From NCBI GenBank assembly GCA_052034745.1, contig JBPOIF010000009.1, forward strand, positions 1 to 49,844: a stretch of DNA of 49,844 bases. Reading direction: 5' to 3'. Shown here in pieces: positions 21,495 to 30,507 of this stretch. Each line of letters begins with the position of its first letter. Within the stretch, counting starts at the first letter, position 1. This stretch comes from Candidatus Nomurabacteria bacterium (GTDB taxonomy: Bacteria; Patescibacteriota; Minisyncoccia; Phycocordibacterales; UBA9973). The position numbers and the translations under genes are program-made. The notes below the pieces were generated by a model. The model did not search any database, was not told where the DNA came from, and was given only the letters and a program-made list of their open reading frames with translations.

Positions 21495-22100
21495 ATGATC
21501 GATTTCGCACAATACGCGCCACAAAAGATGTTTCTCTTGCAAGGAGACCAAGAGGTTTTTGACCGCACACTTGAGCACTTTGTGAAGCAGTATCCACTCA
21601 CACAGGCGCTCTCGGTGCCACGCTTTACTATAGAACACGCACGTTCTGTTGCGGAGTTTGCACTTGAAGGGACGGGTGAGGCGAGAGTCTTTGTCGTCTT
21701 TTTCTCGGTATTTTCTCCTGACGCAGCCCAGGTACTCCTCAAGTCACTCGAAGAGCCAGATCGGCAGACCACTATCGTCTTTATCACTGCATATCCATAC
21801 CTTGTGCCAAAGACAGTGCGTTCGAGAGTCACACTTGTAAGCGGGCAACACATAGCAGTGTCTTCAAAGAGCACTCGAGCAAAAGTGATTGCTGATATCC
21901 AAAAAGAAGCTGCTGAAAAAGAAGACGATCCTGCGACACGGAGAGCACGAGCGGTGCTCCTCCTTGATGTTCTCGAGTCTGTTGTTCGTACCGATTCGAG
22001 TGATGCCAAAGTGGTGTATGAAGCAAAAGATATGCTTTTCAAGGCAAATATGCCGACAAAATTTGTGCTTGATTATGTTGCAACGGTAGTTCGCTCATAA
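21495..22100 (+). CDS. holB: short DNA polymerase III delta'-like clamp-loader subunit
   Basis: AAQVLLKSLEEPDRQTTIVFITAYPYLVPKTVRSRV matches the LLKxLEEP...TIxSR box. The start is placed after the upstream terminator. Confidence 0.6.
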   Translation: MIDFAQYAPQKMFLLQGDQEVFDRTLEHFVKQYPLTQALSVPRFTIEHARSVAEFALEGTGEARVFVVFFSVFSPDAAQVLLKSLEEPDRQTTIVFITAYPYLVPKTVRSRVTLVSGQHIAVSSKSTRAKVIADIQKEAAEKEDDPATRRARAVLLLDVLESVVRTDSSDAKVVYEAKDMLFKANMPTKFVLDYVATVVRS

Positions 22101-22126
22101 AACACCCGCTCATGGCGGGTGTTTTA
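22099..22126. terminator. bidirectional terminator
   Basis: aaaacacccgc-tcatg-gcgggtgtttt. Confidence 0.75.
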
Positions 22127-22252
22127 TTATTTCTTGCGCTTGCTTGTTTTTTTACTTGCGAGCATTACTCTCTTTGCAGCAAGACGTTTCTTTGTTTTGT
22201 GAGATCGGGTAGATTTCTTTTTTGGACCAAGTGATGTTGCTCTTTTTGCCAT
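22127..22252 (-). CDS. very basic 41-aa protein (MAKRATSLGPKKKSTRSHKTKKRLAAKRVMLASKKTSKRKK)
   Basis: ATG ORF not in the track (under 60 aa). It ends at the bidirectional terminator. Composition is like small ribosomal or nucleic-acid-binding proteins, but no family was recognised. Confidence 0.4.
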   Translation of the reverse strand: MAKRATSLGPKKKSTRSHKTKKRLAAKRVMLASKKTSKRKK

Positions 22253-22343
22253 ACGTAATTGTCTTTAATCAAATAAGATATATAGTATGCCCTATTTTTC
22301 GATTTAATTCTATCATCGGGCGCCCATGGTATACTGAGAGCCT

Positions 22344-22880
22344 ATGTACGATTTGACGATACTGAAACAAGAACTGAAACAAGCGAGTGAGTGGCTTTTG
22401 AAAGAATACTCACAGATACACACAGGACGAGCAGCGCCAGCGCTTCTCGACGGAGTGCAGGTTGAGGTGTATGGCATGATCCAGCCACTCAAGAACTGCG
22501 CAAGTATCTCTATCGAAGATCCAAAGACACTCCGCGTTCTTCCTTGGGACAAGAGTATCATCAAAGATGCTGAACGCGCACTCTATGCTTCAAACTTGGG
22601 ATTTTCTGTTGCGGTTGATGACGCAGGTATTCGCGTCATTATCCCTGCGCTTACTACGGAGACACGGACCAGTCTCGTAAAGATCGCCAAGGAAAAACTA
22701 GAAGATGCACGTATCACGGTGCGCAAAGCGCGTGAAGCAGGACTCTCGATGCTCAAAGACACATCTCTTCCCGAAGATGCACTTGTTCGCGCAAAAGAAG
22801 AAGTGCAAAAGCATGTCGACGAAGCAAATGATGCGCTCGAAGGGCATTTCAAGCAAAAAGAATCTGAGATCATAAGTTAA
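22344..22880 (+). CDS. frr: ribosome recycling factor
   Basis: EYSQIHTGRAAPALLDGVQVEVYG...IPALTTETRTSLVKIAKE. 178 aa. Confidence 0.92.
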   Translation: MYDLTILKQELKQASEWLLKEYSQIHTGRAAPALLDGVQVEVYGMIQPLKNCASISIEDPKTLRVLPWDKSIIKDAERALYASNLGFSVAVDDAGIRVIIPALTTETRTSLVKIAKEKLEDARITVRKAREAGLSMLKDTSLPEDALVRAKEEVQKHVDEANDALEGHFKQKESEIIS

Positions 22881-22888
22881 ATCATTCG

Positions 22889-23944
22889 ATGACGATCATT
22901 ATCTTTCTTTTGGTTCTCCTGGTGTGTGTGCTTGTTCATGAATGGGGACATTTTTTTGCTGCGAGAAAGAGCGGGATGCTGGTGCAAGAGTTTGGATTTG
23001 GTATTCCTCCGAGACTGTGGGGCAAGAAAAAAGGGGAGACGCTCTACTCTATCAACGCACTTCCTATTGGTGGTTTTGTAAAAATCGCAGGAGAAAATGG
23101 GCTTGATGACGATACCCCAACAGAGAGACAGTTCGAATCAAAACCTTGGTATCTCAAAGCATTTGTCCTTGTTGCAGGCGTGGTGATGAACTTTGTGCTT
23201 GCACTTGTCCTCTTTACCCTTGCGTACAGTCTCGGTATGCCGACTGCAACAAAAGGGGGCACGCCGACTGTTGTTGCTGTCACTCCGCAATCACCTGCAC
23301 AAAAGGCAGGTGTCGTGATTGGAGACACGATACAAAAGGTCACGGTTGATGGAATCCATGCAACAACAATCGCGACTGAGGACTTGCGCGCACTCATTGC
23401 ATCATCGGCTAAAGAGGTGCGCATCGTCTATACGCATGCGGGAGAGCAAAAAGAGGTGACCGTGGTGCCACAAGGTGAGCAGGGCGCCCGTTTTATCGGA
23501 GTTGCTGTTGAGCCGATCGGGATCGTAAAGGCAAATCTTTCTGAGTCGATACATGCAGCGTGGTTGCAGACCTGGAGTCTCGTTGCGGCGATCTGGAACA
23601 CCCTCGCTCATCTTGTCGGAGGAATCTTTGTTGCAGGGGATCAGGGAGGCGTCAGTGACCTTGTAGGGCCTGTAGGACTTGCAAATCAGGTTCGTGGTGC
23701 TGCAACGATTGGTTTTGCCTATCTCCTTGCCTTTACCGCAGTGATCTCCGTCAATCTCGCCGTGCTCAATATCATGCCATTTCCTGCCCTCGATGGGGGA
23801 CGACTTGTCGTGGTTCTCCTTGAAGCAGTGACGCGAAAGAAATTTTCTCGAACAGTCATCGGCTACATTCATGCGGGAGGATTTTTGCTCCTCATTCTTC
23901 TGATGCTCGTGCTTACTGTTGGCGACATACGAAAGTTATTGTAA
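22889..23944 (+). CDS. rseP: site-2 protease, M50 family (RseP-like) with PDZ
   Basis: HEWGHFFAARKSGM HExxH motif, ALPIGGFVKIAGE, and C-terminal NLAVLNIMPFPALDGG. Confidence 0.88.
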   Translation: MTIIIFLLVLLVCVLVHEWGHFFAARKSGMLVQEFGFGIPPRLWGKKKGETLYSINALPIGGFVKIAGENGLDDDTPTERQFESKPWYLKAFVLVAGVVMNFVLALVLFTLAYSLGMPTATKGGTPTVVAVTPQSPAQKAGVVIGDTIQKVTVDGIHATTIATEDLRALIASSAKEVRIVYTHAGEQKEVTVVPQGEQGARFIGVAVEPIGIVKANLSESIHAAWLQTWSLVAAIWNTLAHLVGGIFVAGDQGGVSDLVGPVGLANQVRGAATIGFAYLLAFTAVISVNLAVLNIMPFPALDGGRLVVVLLEAVTRKKFSRTVIGYIHAGGFLLLILLMLVLTVGDIRKLL

Positions 23945-24032
23945 AAATGCTTTTTGGGGGAGAAAAAAAGCGTATCGATCCCGCCAGAGAACTGTTATAG
24001 ACAAAGGCTTTCGTAGCCATCCCCCAATATGT

Positions 24033-24060
24033 TTGACTTTTCCTATATCCATGATAGAGT
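24033..24060 (+). promoter_or_regulatory. promoter TTGACT-N16-TAGAGT
   Basis: -35 at 24033-24038 and -10 at 24055-24060. Confidence 0.5.
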
Positions 24061-24095
24061 AAGTAAATACAAATTTAGAAAACACCACAAACACC

Positions 24096-25124
24096 ATGCC
24101 AATTATTAGTTTCAAACCAAAACAGGTCACGAAGCGGCTCCTCTCAACACTCCAGGATCGATCGCACGATATCATCGTCAATCGATATGGACTTGGTGAC
24201 AATGCAGATACCAAGACACTCGAAGCCATTGGTAAAAAGTACAGCATCACTCGCGAACGTGTTCGACAAATTGAAAATGCAGCACTTTCTGCGATTAGAA
24301 AAAGTGATTTGTTCAAAACAGAACACAAGGTGTTTTCTGAAATCAAGTCAGTCGTTGAAGCAATGGGAGCATTGGTTCACGAAGATGATTTTCTCTCTTA
24401 TATCTCAAAAGACAAATCAGTACAAAACCATGTACGTTTCTATCTCGTCCTCGGTGATCACTTTGAAAAACTCAAAGAAGATGACCATTTTCATGCACGA
24501 TGGACCGTTGATAGTGAGCTTTCTGAGGTAGTACATACTGCACTGCAGTCAATCTACAAGTCGCTCTCTGATAAGGAGCTCCTCTCTGAGGATGATCTCG
24601 TGAAGCGATTTTTGACTGAACTCAAAGACGTCGCTTCTCAATACAAGAACGAAGAGGTTGCACGACGTTGGCTCGGTATTTCAAAGCGTATCGGCAAGAA
24701 CCCTCTCGGTGAATGGGGTCCTGCAGAATCTCAAAATATAAAAACTCGCGGTATCAAAGACTACGCGTTTCTTATGATGCGAAAACATGGCTCCCCAATG
24801 CACTTCCGTGAAGTTGCAAAGGCGATCCAAGATACCTTTGGCAAAAAGACTCACATCGCAACCACACACAACGAACTCATCAAGGACCCTCGTTTCGTTC
24901 TTGTTGGACGCGGATACTACGCACTCGCAGAATGGGGCTACAAGCCAGGAGTTGTTCGTGATGTTATCGCCGAAATCTTGAAAAAAGACGGACCACTTAC
25001 AAAAGACGAAGTTGTCGATCGCGTACTCAAGGAGCGATTTCTCAAGAAAAATACTATTTTGGTTAATCTTCAAAATCCAAAGTACTTCAAGAAACTTTCT
25101 GACGGTACATATACGATTGCATAA
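24096..25124 (+). CDS. sigma-70 region-4-like HTH plus C-terminal HARE-HTH domain protein
   Basis: LEAIGKKYSITRERVRQIENAALSAIRK (region 4.2-like). The C-terminal MHFREVAKAIQ..RFVLVGRGYYALAEW is HARE-HTH-like. Confidence 0.6.
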   Translation: MPIISFKPKQVTKRLLSTLQDRSHDIIVNRYGLGDNADTKTLEAIGKKYSITRERVRQIENAALSAIRKSDLFKTEHKVFSEIKSVVEAMGALVHEDDFLSYISKDKSVQNHVRFYLVLGDHFEKLKEDDHFHARWTVDSELSEVVHTALQSIYKSLSDKELLSEDDLVKRFLTELKDVASQYKNEEVARRWLGISKRIGKNPLGEWGPAESQNIKTRGIKDYAFLMMRKHGSPMHFREVAKAIQDTFGKKTHIATTHNELIKDPRFVLVGRGYYALAEWGYKPGVVRDVIAEILKKDGPLTKDEVVDRVLKERFLKKNTILVNLQNPKYFKKLSDGTYTIA

Positions 25125-25155
25125 ACGGCAGTCCGTTCTATACTGATATACATAT

Positions 25156-25641
25156 ATGGCGGATGATAAAGGCGGAGGAGGTGGAGGTTCATCATGGGGG
25201 ACCTTTGAGATTGTTATCGGCATTGTCCTTTTGGTAGGACTTCTTGATCGTATCTCTGCACGTATTCCTGGAATCGTTTCTTCTGGTGTTTCAGGTTCCG
25301 ACACCGCAGTAAAGAGTGAGACACTTTGTGGCCTCAGCATCAAGACGCCAATTCCTTCACAAAAAGTTGGTCGTGATGTCGTGGTATCAGGCAGTGCTGG
25401 TTCGTGTGATTGGGAAATCGTGAACGGTATCGCACTGTTTGCACAAGTAGTGGACAGTAAAGGGGCACCACTTTCAAGTTACACACCTATTCGCACAAGG
25501 GGTGAAGATGATGATTCTTTTTATGGGACAGTTGCCGTAACTTCGATTCCCAAGACAACGACAGGGTATCTCTTTCTTGTTCCTGCGTCACAAAATTCAT
25601 CTGACGAGACAGTGTCCACGCGCATTCCCATCAAGTTTTAG
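25156..25641 (+). CDS. membrane-anchored protein with Gly-run and Ig-like (Gmad2-like) domain
   Basis: GGGGGGSS, then TM FEIVIGIVLLVGLL. IKTPIPSQKVGRDVVVSGSA resembles Gmad2-type domains. Confidence 0.5.
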   Translation: MADDKGGGGGGSSWGTFEIVIGIVLLVGLLDRISARIPGIVSSGVSGSDTAVKSETLCGLSIKTPIPSQKVGRDVVVSGSAGSCDWEIVNGIALFAQVVDSKGAPLSSYTPIRTRGEDDDSFYGTVAVTSIPKTTTGYLFLVPASQNSSDETVSTRIPIKF

Positions 25642-25678
25642 TCGCGAAAATAAAACAGTCTAATGCTATACTACACGC

Positions 25679-26938
25679 ATGGAATCTATCGGTGCATTTT
25701 TTAATTTTGCCGGGATATTTATTGTTCTCGTGTTTCTTGTCGTGCTCGCGTGGAACTTATGGATGCACTATATCAACAAGCTCTACATCAACTCGGTTGA
25801 TTGGGTTCTCCTCGAAGTCATCCCTCCAAAAGAGGTGTTCAAATCACCGCAAGCAATGGAGCTCGTGCTCAACTCTCTCTATGGTGGCGATGCGACAAAC
25901 TGGTATCTCAAATATTGGAAAGGTGAACTTGGACAAGTCTATTCACTCGAGATTGCTTCTATTGAAGGGAAGGTTCATTTTTATGCTCGATTTCACAAAA
26001 AGTTTAGAAAAGGTTTTGAATCTCAACTCTATGCGCAGTACCCACAAGCAGTAGTCAAAGAAGTAGAAGACTATACACGATCTGTTCCTTCGTTTAAAAA
26101 AGACGGCAGCATCAATCTCTTTGGCTATATGATGGCACTTGCAAAAGACGACCCGTATCCTATCAAATCATATATTGATTATGGTCTTGATCGTGCCGTA
26201 GGTAGTCTCGAAGAGGCGGAGCGAATCGATCCTATCACCCCTGTACTTGAAACGATGGGTTCTATTGGAAAAGGAGAACAGATTTGGATGCAGATTATTA
26301 TGCAAAAGGAGATCAAGCGTCATACGATCAAGGGTGAGAAGGGTGAGGAGACAGGAAAGAGTTCAAAAGATAAGGCTCGTGCGATTCTCAGTGAGCTGAA
26401 GCAGAAACAAAAAATTGTAGACAAAGAAACAGGAAAGGTGACCTCTGCAGATAGGCCATCAAAAGGGGAGCAGTCAGTGGTTGAGGCTATTGAGCGCCAT
26501 ATGAACAAGCCGGGATTTGATTGTGGTATCCGTGTCATCTACCTTGCTGACAAGGAGCACTTTAGTGGTAATACGATCACTGCATTTACAGGGATGTTTC
26601 GTCAGTTTACTTCTGAAGATCTCAACACACTCAAACTCAGCGGTCTCACAAAACCACCTGATGAGCCGTGGAAAGATCTAGGAAATCGAAAAATGAATAA
26701 GAAGAAAAAAGAGATCCTCGCTGATTATAAAGAGAGAGATTATTTTTACGGATGGTTCAATTTCAAGAAGCTCAAGAAGTATTTTCATGCACCCGCATCG
26801 CTTGGTGAAAAACCAATGCTCCTTTCGACAGAAGAGATTGCGACACTGTGGCACTTGCCAGGACGTGTTGCAGAGACTCCAACCTTTGCTCGTATCGAAG
26901 CAACCAAGGCAGAGCCTCCAACAAATCTTCCGATATAA
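25679..26938 (+). CDS. hypothetical membrane protein (419 aa)
   Basis: N-terminal TM FNFAGIFIVLVFLVVLAW. C-terminal LLSTEEIATLWHLPG motif. No family assigned. Confidence 0.55.
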   Translation: MESIGAFFNFAGIFIVLVFLVVLAWNLWMHYINKLYINSVDWVLLEVIPPKEVFKSPQAMELVLNSLYGGDATNWYLKYWKGELGQVYSLEIASIEGKVHFYARFHKKFRKGFESQLYAQYPQAVVKEVEDYTRSVPSFKKDGSINLFGYMMALAKDDPYPIKSYIDYGLDRAVGSLEEAERIDPITPVLETMGSIGKGEQIWMQIIMQKEIKRHTIKGEKGEETGKSSKDKARAILSELKQKQKIVDKETGKVTSADRPSKGEQSVVEAIERHMNKPGFDCGIRVIYLADKEHFSGNTITAFTGMFRQFTSEDLNTLKLSGLTKPPDEPWKDLGNRKMNKKKKEILADYKERDYFYGWFNFKKLKKYFHAPASLGEKPMLLSTEEIATLWHLPGRVAETPTFARIEATKAEPPTNLPI

Positions 26939-26941
26939 GGT

Positions 26942-27913
26942 ATGTACTATAGATCGTCGCAACAAGGTTTTGTTCGTCAAGCACTTCTGGCAATTGTTCT
27001 CGGGGTCGGGGTTTGTTTTGTCGGTATCAAACTCTTTATTCTCCCTCCGCAGGATTTTCCGAAAGGGTATACATTTACGATAGTAAAAGGGGACACGTTG
27101 AGTTCGGTAGCATTTCGATTGCAGCAAGACAGGCTCGTTGCTTCTCCAGAAGCGTTTAAAATGTTCCTCGTTGTTTTAGGGAATGAACATCGACTGAGTG
27201 AAGGGAACTATTATTTTGAAGCGCCGATCACTTCGATCGAGGTTGCTTTGAAAATAGCAGGAAATGAATTTGATCTTGTGCAACATCGAGTTACTTTTCC
27301 AGAAGGATTTACCAATGAAGAGATCGCGCAGCGGCTTGAGAAACAATTTCCTCAATTTGATGGGCAAACGTTTCGATTGCGCACGAAAACATTGCAGGGG
27401 AGACTGTTTCCTGACACGTATGGTTTTTCTGCAGCACCGAGTGTCGATGAAGTTTTGACGGCGTTTGAGAAAAATTTTGAAGAAAAAGTAGCGCCGCTTC
27501 GTGAAGAAATGCAGGCTCAAAAAAAATCGGAAGAAGACATCCTTACTATGGCGTCACTTTTGGAAAAAGAGGCAAATACAGGACAAGAAGCTTCGGTGGT
27601 CGGAGGGATATTGTGGAAGCGGATCGCACGAGGTATCCCACTTCAGGTAGATGCACCCTTTTTATTCCTCTTTGGAAAAACATCTGCAGAGCTCACGCGA
27701 CAGGATCTGGCAGTTGATTCCCCATTCAATACCTATCGATACAAGGGTCTGCCTCCAAGTCCCATCAACAATCCAGGCCTTGCTGCGATTGAGGCAGCAC
27801 TTCGACCGATAGATTCTCCGTATCTCTACTATCTCCACGATGCCGAGGGGCGCATTCATTATGCAAAAGACTATGCGGGGCACTTGGAAAATAAGAAAAA
27901 GTATTTACAATAG
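26942..27913 (+). CDS. mltG: endolytic murein transglycosylase MltG (YceG-like)
   Basis: ILTMASLLEKEA, LQVDAPF and YNTYRYKGLPPSPINNPG. Confidence 0.88.
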   Translation: MYYRSSQQGFVRQALLAIVLGVGVCFVGIKLFILPPQDFPKGYTFTIVKGDTLSSVAFRLQQDRLVASPEAFKMFLVVLGNEHRLSEGNYYFEAPITSIEVALKIAGNEFDLVQHRVTFPEGFTNEEIAQRLEKQFPQFDGQTFRLRTKTLQGRLFPDTYGFSAAPSVDEVLTAFEKNFEEKVAPLREEMQAQKKSEEDILTMASLLEKEANTGQEASVVGGILWKRIARGIPLQVDAPFLFLFGKTSAELTRQDLAVDSPFNTYRYKGLPPSPINNPGLAAIEAALRPIDSPYLYYLHDAEGRIHYAKDYAGHLENKKKYLQ

Positions 27914-27919
27914 AGTGTC

Positions 27920-28462
27920 ATGATACTAGAACAATCACTTGCATTTGTTGATATAGAAACGACAGCGCTTGGTCGTGAAAAAGGAGAGATCATTGAGCTT
28001 GGTGTTGTTGTCGCAAAAATGAAAGACGGAGTGCTTGTCGTCTGCGATGAGCTTGATCTCAAGATCCACCCAAAACATATCGAAACTGCGGAACCGCAAG
28101 CACTTCGCATCAATGGCTACAATGAAGCCGATTGGCTCTTTGCTACCACACTTGAGGAGGCAATGAAGGCGTTTGTTGAAAAAACAAAGGGGGCGATATT
28201 TCTCGCACACAATATCACCTTTGATTACCCATTTATTGAAAAAGCACTTGTTGATACAGGACTTGAACACGACATGCATTTCCACAAAATCGATACACTC
28301 TCACTTGCCTTTGGGGTGCTCCACACAACAAACGATATGGGGAAGCTCTCACTTCGTATGCTCTGTGAAAAATACGGTATTGAAAATAAAAAAGCGCATA
28401 GTGCATTTGCTGATGCCTACGCGCTGTACGAAGTGTTCAAGAAGATGATGAATTTGAGATAG
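27920..28462 (+). CDS. DEDDh 3'-5' exonuclease (DnaQ/epsilon-like)
   Basis: FVDIETTAL (Exo I), HNITFDYPFI (Exo II) and HSAFADAYALYEVF (Exo III). Confidence 0.82.
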   Translation: MILEQSLAFVDIETTALGREKGEIIELGVVVAKMKDGVLVVCDELDLKIHPKHIETAEPQALRINGYNEADWLFATTLEEAMKAFVEKTKGAIFLAHNITFDYPFIEKALVDTGLEHDMHFHKIDTLSLAFGVLHTTNDMGKLSLRMLCEKYGIENKKAHSAFADAYALYEVFKKMMNLR

Positions 28463-28482
28463 TCTTGTGATAGTATCAGTTC

Positions 28483-29538
28483 GTGTTTAAGAAAAAGAAG
28501 AAAATTTTTGTTGGGATTTCAGGCGGAGTTGATTCGTCTGTTGCCGCGTACCTTCTCAAAAAGGACGGGTATGATGTCCATGGCGTATTTGTAAAGACAT
28601 GGTCACCTGAATGGATCCCTTGTACGTGGGTGGATGAGAAGCGTGATGCGATGCGCGTGTGTGCAGCGCTTGATATTCCGTTCCACTTCCTCGACGCAGA
28701 AGAGGAATACAAAAAAGGCGTTGCTGACTATATGATCGCTGAATATCGCGCGGGACGTACTCCAAATCCTGATGTTCTGTGCAATCGAGTGATAAAGTTT
28801 GGAGTGATGTGGCAGTATGCAAAGTCATGTGGTGCTACTGCGATTGCCACGGGGCACTATGCGCAGATAGGCGATGATGGGATGCTCCGCAGGGCAGGTG
28901 ATAGTGCAAAAGATCAGGCATATTTTCTCTGGATGCTCACCCGTGAAGATCTTGCACACACTTTGTTTCCTATCGGACACCTTGAAAAAAGCGAGGTGAG
29001 AAAGATCGCGCTTCACGCGGGTCTTTTTACCGGAGAAAAAAAGGATAGTCAGGGTATTTGTTTCCTTGGAGAGGTTGATATGAAAGAATTTCTCTTGCAC
29101 TATATTGAACAAAAACGAGGTGAGGTTGTTGATGGACAAGGGAAGGTCATTGGTCACCATGAAGGGGTCTGGTTCTATACTCTCGGAGAGCGACACGGGT
29201 TTACTATCTCAGATGCGCACTATCGAGGGGAACCCTACTATGTTGTTGCAAAAGACGTTGAAACCAATCGCCTTGTTGTTGCTACTATTGATCGGACAGC
29301 AACAATATTGAAAGACAAGAAGGTTGTACTGCGAGATGCGAACTGGACAAAACCCCCTGTGGTGGGGGCGCTGTATGATGCCCAGATTCGATATCATGGT
29401 GAGCTGTACAAAGCATCATTTGATGCAGAAGGAGTAGTCACACTTGCTTGCGAAGGGCCAATCCCTGAAGGACAATCTCTTGTTGTTTTTGAAGGGGAAG
29501 CACTCATTGGAGGAGGGGTTATTGACAAAGTAATTTAG
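28483..29538 (+). CDS. mnmA: tRNA 2-thiouridine(34) synthase MnmA
   Basis: VGISGGVDSSVAAYLL PP-loop, TPNPDVLCN and ATGHYA. Confidence 0.92.
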   Translation: MFKKKKKIFVGISGGVDSSVAAYLLKKDGYDVHGVFVKTWSPEWIPCTWVDEKRDAMRVCAALDIPFHFLDAEEEYKKGVADYMIAEYRAGRTPNPDVLCNRVIKFGVMWQYAKSCGATAIATGHYAQIGDDGMLRRAGDSAKDQAYFLWMLTREDLAHTLFPIGHLEKSEVRKIALHAGLFTGEKKDSQGICFLGEVDMKEFLLHYIEQKRGEVVDGQGKVIGHHEGVWFYTLGERHGFTISDAHYRGEPYYVVAKDVETNRLVVATIDRTATILKDKKVVLRDANWTKPPVVGALYDAQIRYHGELYKASFDAEGVVTLACEGPIPEGQSLVVFEGEALIGGGVIDKVI

Positions 29539-29568
29539 TTGGTGTATTTTTTGAAAAAATGGTAAATC

Positions 29569-29901
29569 ATGAAAAAATACATTGTTCTTATCTTCTGCGT
29601 ACTCGCAGTATCTCTGAATGTCAGTGCCCAACAGTGGAGGCACTCTTCAAGAAGAGATTTCGGTCGTTCGTTTCAGCTGAGCGTTCATTTTTGCAATTTT
29701 CACGGCAGAAATGACCGGTGTGAGCGTGGACTTAGATATTCTTCTGCATTTCGTCCCAGGTATTCCGGATATTACGGGTACGGCGGCAGTGCTTTCCGAA
29801 GTCGTTACGGGAGAGATATCCGTTATGATCGTGGAAATTATTACGGGCGACATTCCTACAATAGTTGGCGCTATCGCAGTTACAGGTACCGGCGGTATTG
29901 A
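29569..29901 (+). CDS. secreted Arg/Tyr/Gly/Ser-rich low-complexity protein (110 aa)
   Basis: Signal peptide MKKYIVLIFCVLAVSLNVSAQ, then RY-rich repeats (RSRYGRDIRYDRGNYYGRHSYNSWRYRSYRYRRY). Terminator at 29922-29950. Confidence 0.5.
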   Translation: MKKYIVLIFCVLAVSLNVSAQQWRHSSRRDFGRSFQLSVHFCNFHGRNDRCERGLRYSSAFRPRYSGYYGYGGSAFRSRYGRDIRYDRGNYYGRHSYNSWRYRSYRYRRY

Positions 29902-29921
29902 GGATGTAAAGTTTTAAAATG

Positions 29922-29950
29922 GTGCTCTGCATATGCAGAGCGCTTTTTTA
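29922..29950 (+). terminator. Rho-independent terminator
   Basis: gctctgcat|atgcagagc palindrome + tttttt. Confidence 0.75.
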
Positions 29951-29978
29951 TTTTGGTATTGAGCGATATACTGAACTG

Positions 29979-30449
29979 ATGGAAACATTTGCATTGAGTG
30001 ATATTTATGTTCATCTTTTTTTGGCGATGGCGCTGGGGATGATTTTGGGACTTGAACGATTTGTTGCGCACAAGACTGCTGGTATGCGCACGTACACACT
30101 GGTATCACTTGGTTCAGCACTTTTTGTTGTTATCTCACAAGTAGTGACTGCAGAGTTCGTTGGAACAACAACCTTTGACCCACTTCGTGTCGCAGCACAG
30201 ATTGTTGCCGCAGCAGGATTCCTCGGAGTAGGTGCGATTGTGCACCGAAGCGACAATCAGGTCAGCGGTATCACTACTGCAAGTGGTCTGTGGGTTGCGG
30301 CAGGTGTCGGTATGGCATGTGGTTTTGGTCTCTACCAACTTGCCGTTATTGTCACAGGGCTCGGATTGTTCACTTTTATCGTCTTGTGGCTTATCGAAAA
30401 ACAAATTCGAAAGCTTCCACATACGGATGGCACCCAAGAACCACTCTAG
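29979..30449 (+). CDS. MgtC/SapB family membrane protein
   Basis: LAMALGMILGLERFVAHKTAGMRTYTLVSLGSALF. Confidence 0.8.
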   Translation: METFALSDIYVHLFLAMALGMILGLERFVAHKTAGMRTYTLVSLGSALFVVISQVVTAEFVGTTTFDPLRVAAQIVAAAGFLGVGAIVHRSDNQVSGITTASGLWVAAGVGMACGFGLYQLAVIVTGLGLFTFIVLWLIEKQIRKLPHTDGTQEPL

Positions 30450-30459
30450 ATGTTATTTA

Positions 30460-30484
30460 AAAAGGTCCGTTTCGGACCTTTTTG
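30460..30484 (+). terminator. Rho-independent terminator
   Basis: ggtccg-ttt-cggacc + ttttt. Confidence 0.75.
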
Positions 30485-30507
30485 ATTTTCTGGTATGATG
30501 GGCTTCT

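Noticed and set aside
25159-25200. GGN-rich tract (ggcggaggaggtggaggt) as a simple repeat or contingency locus
   Set aside because: It is an in-frame Gly-run of a membrane protein. It is imperfect and short, with no evidence of slippage-prone homopolymer.
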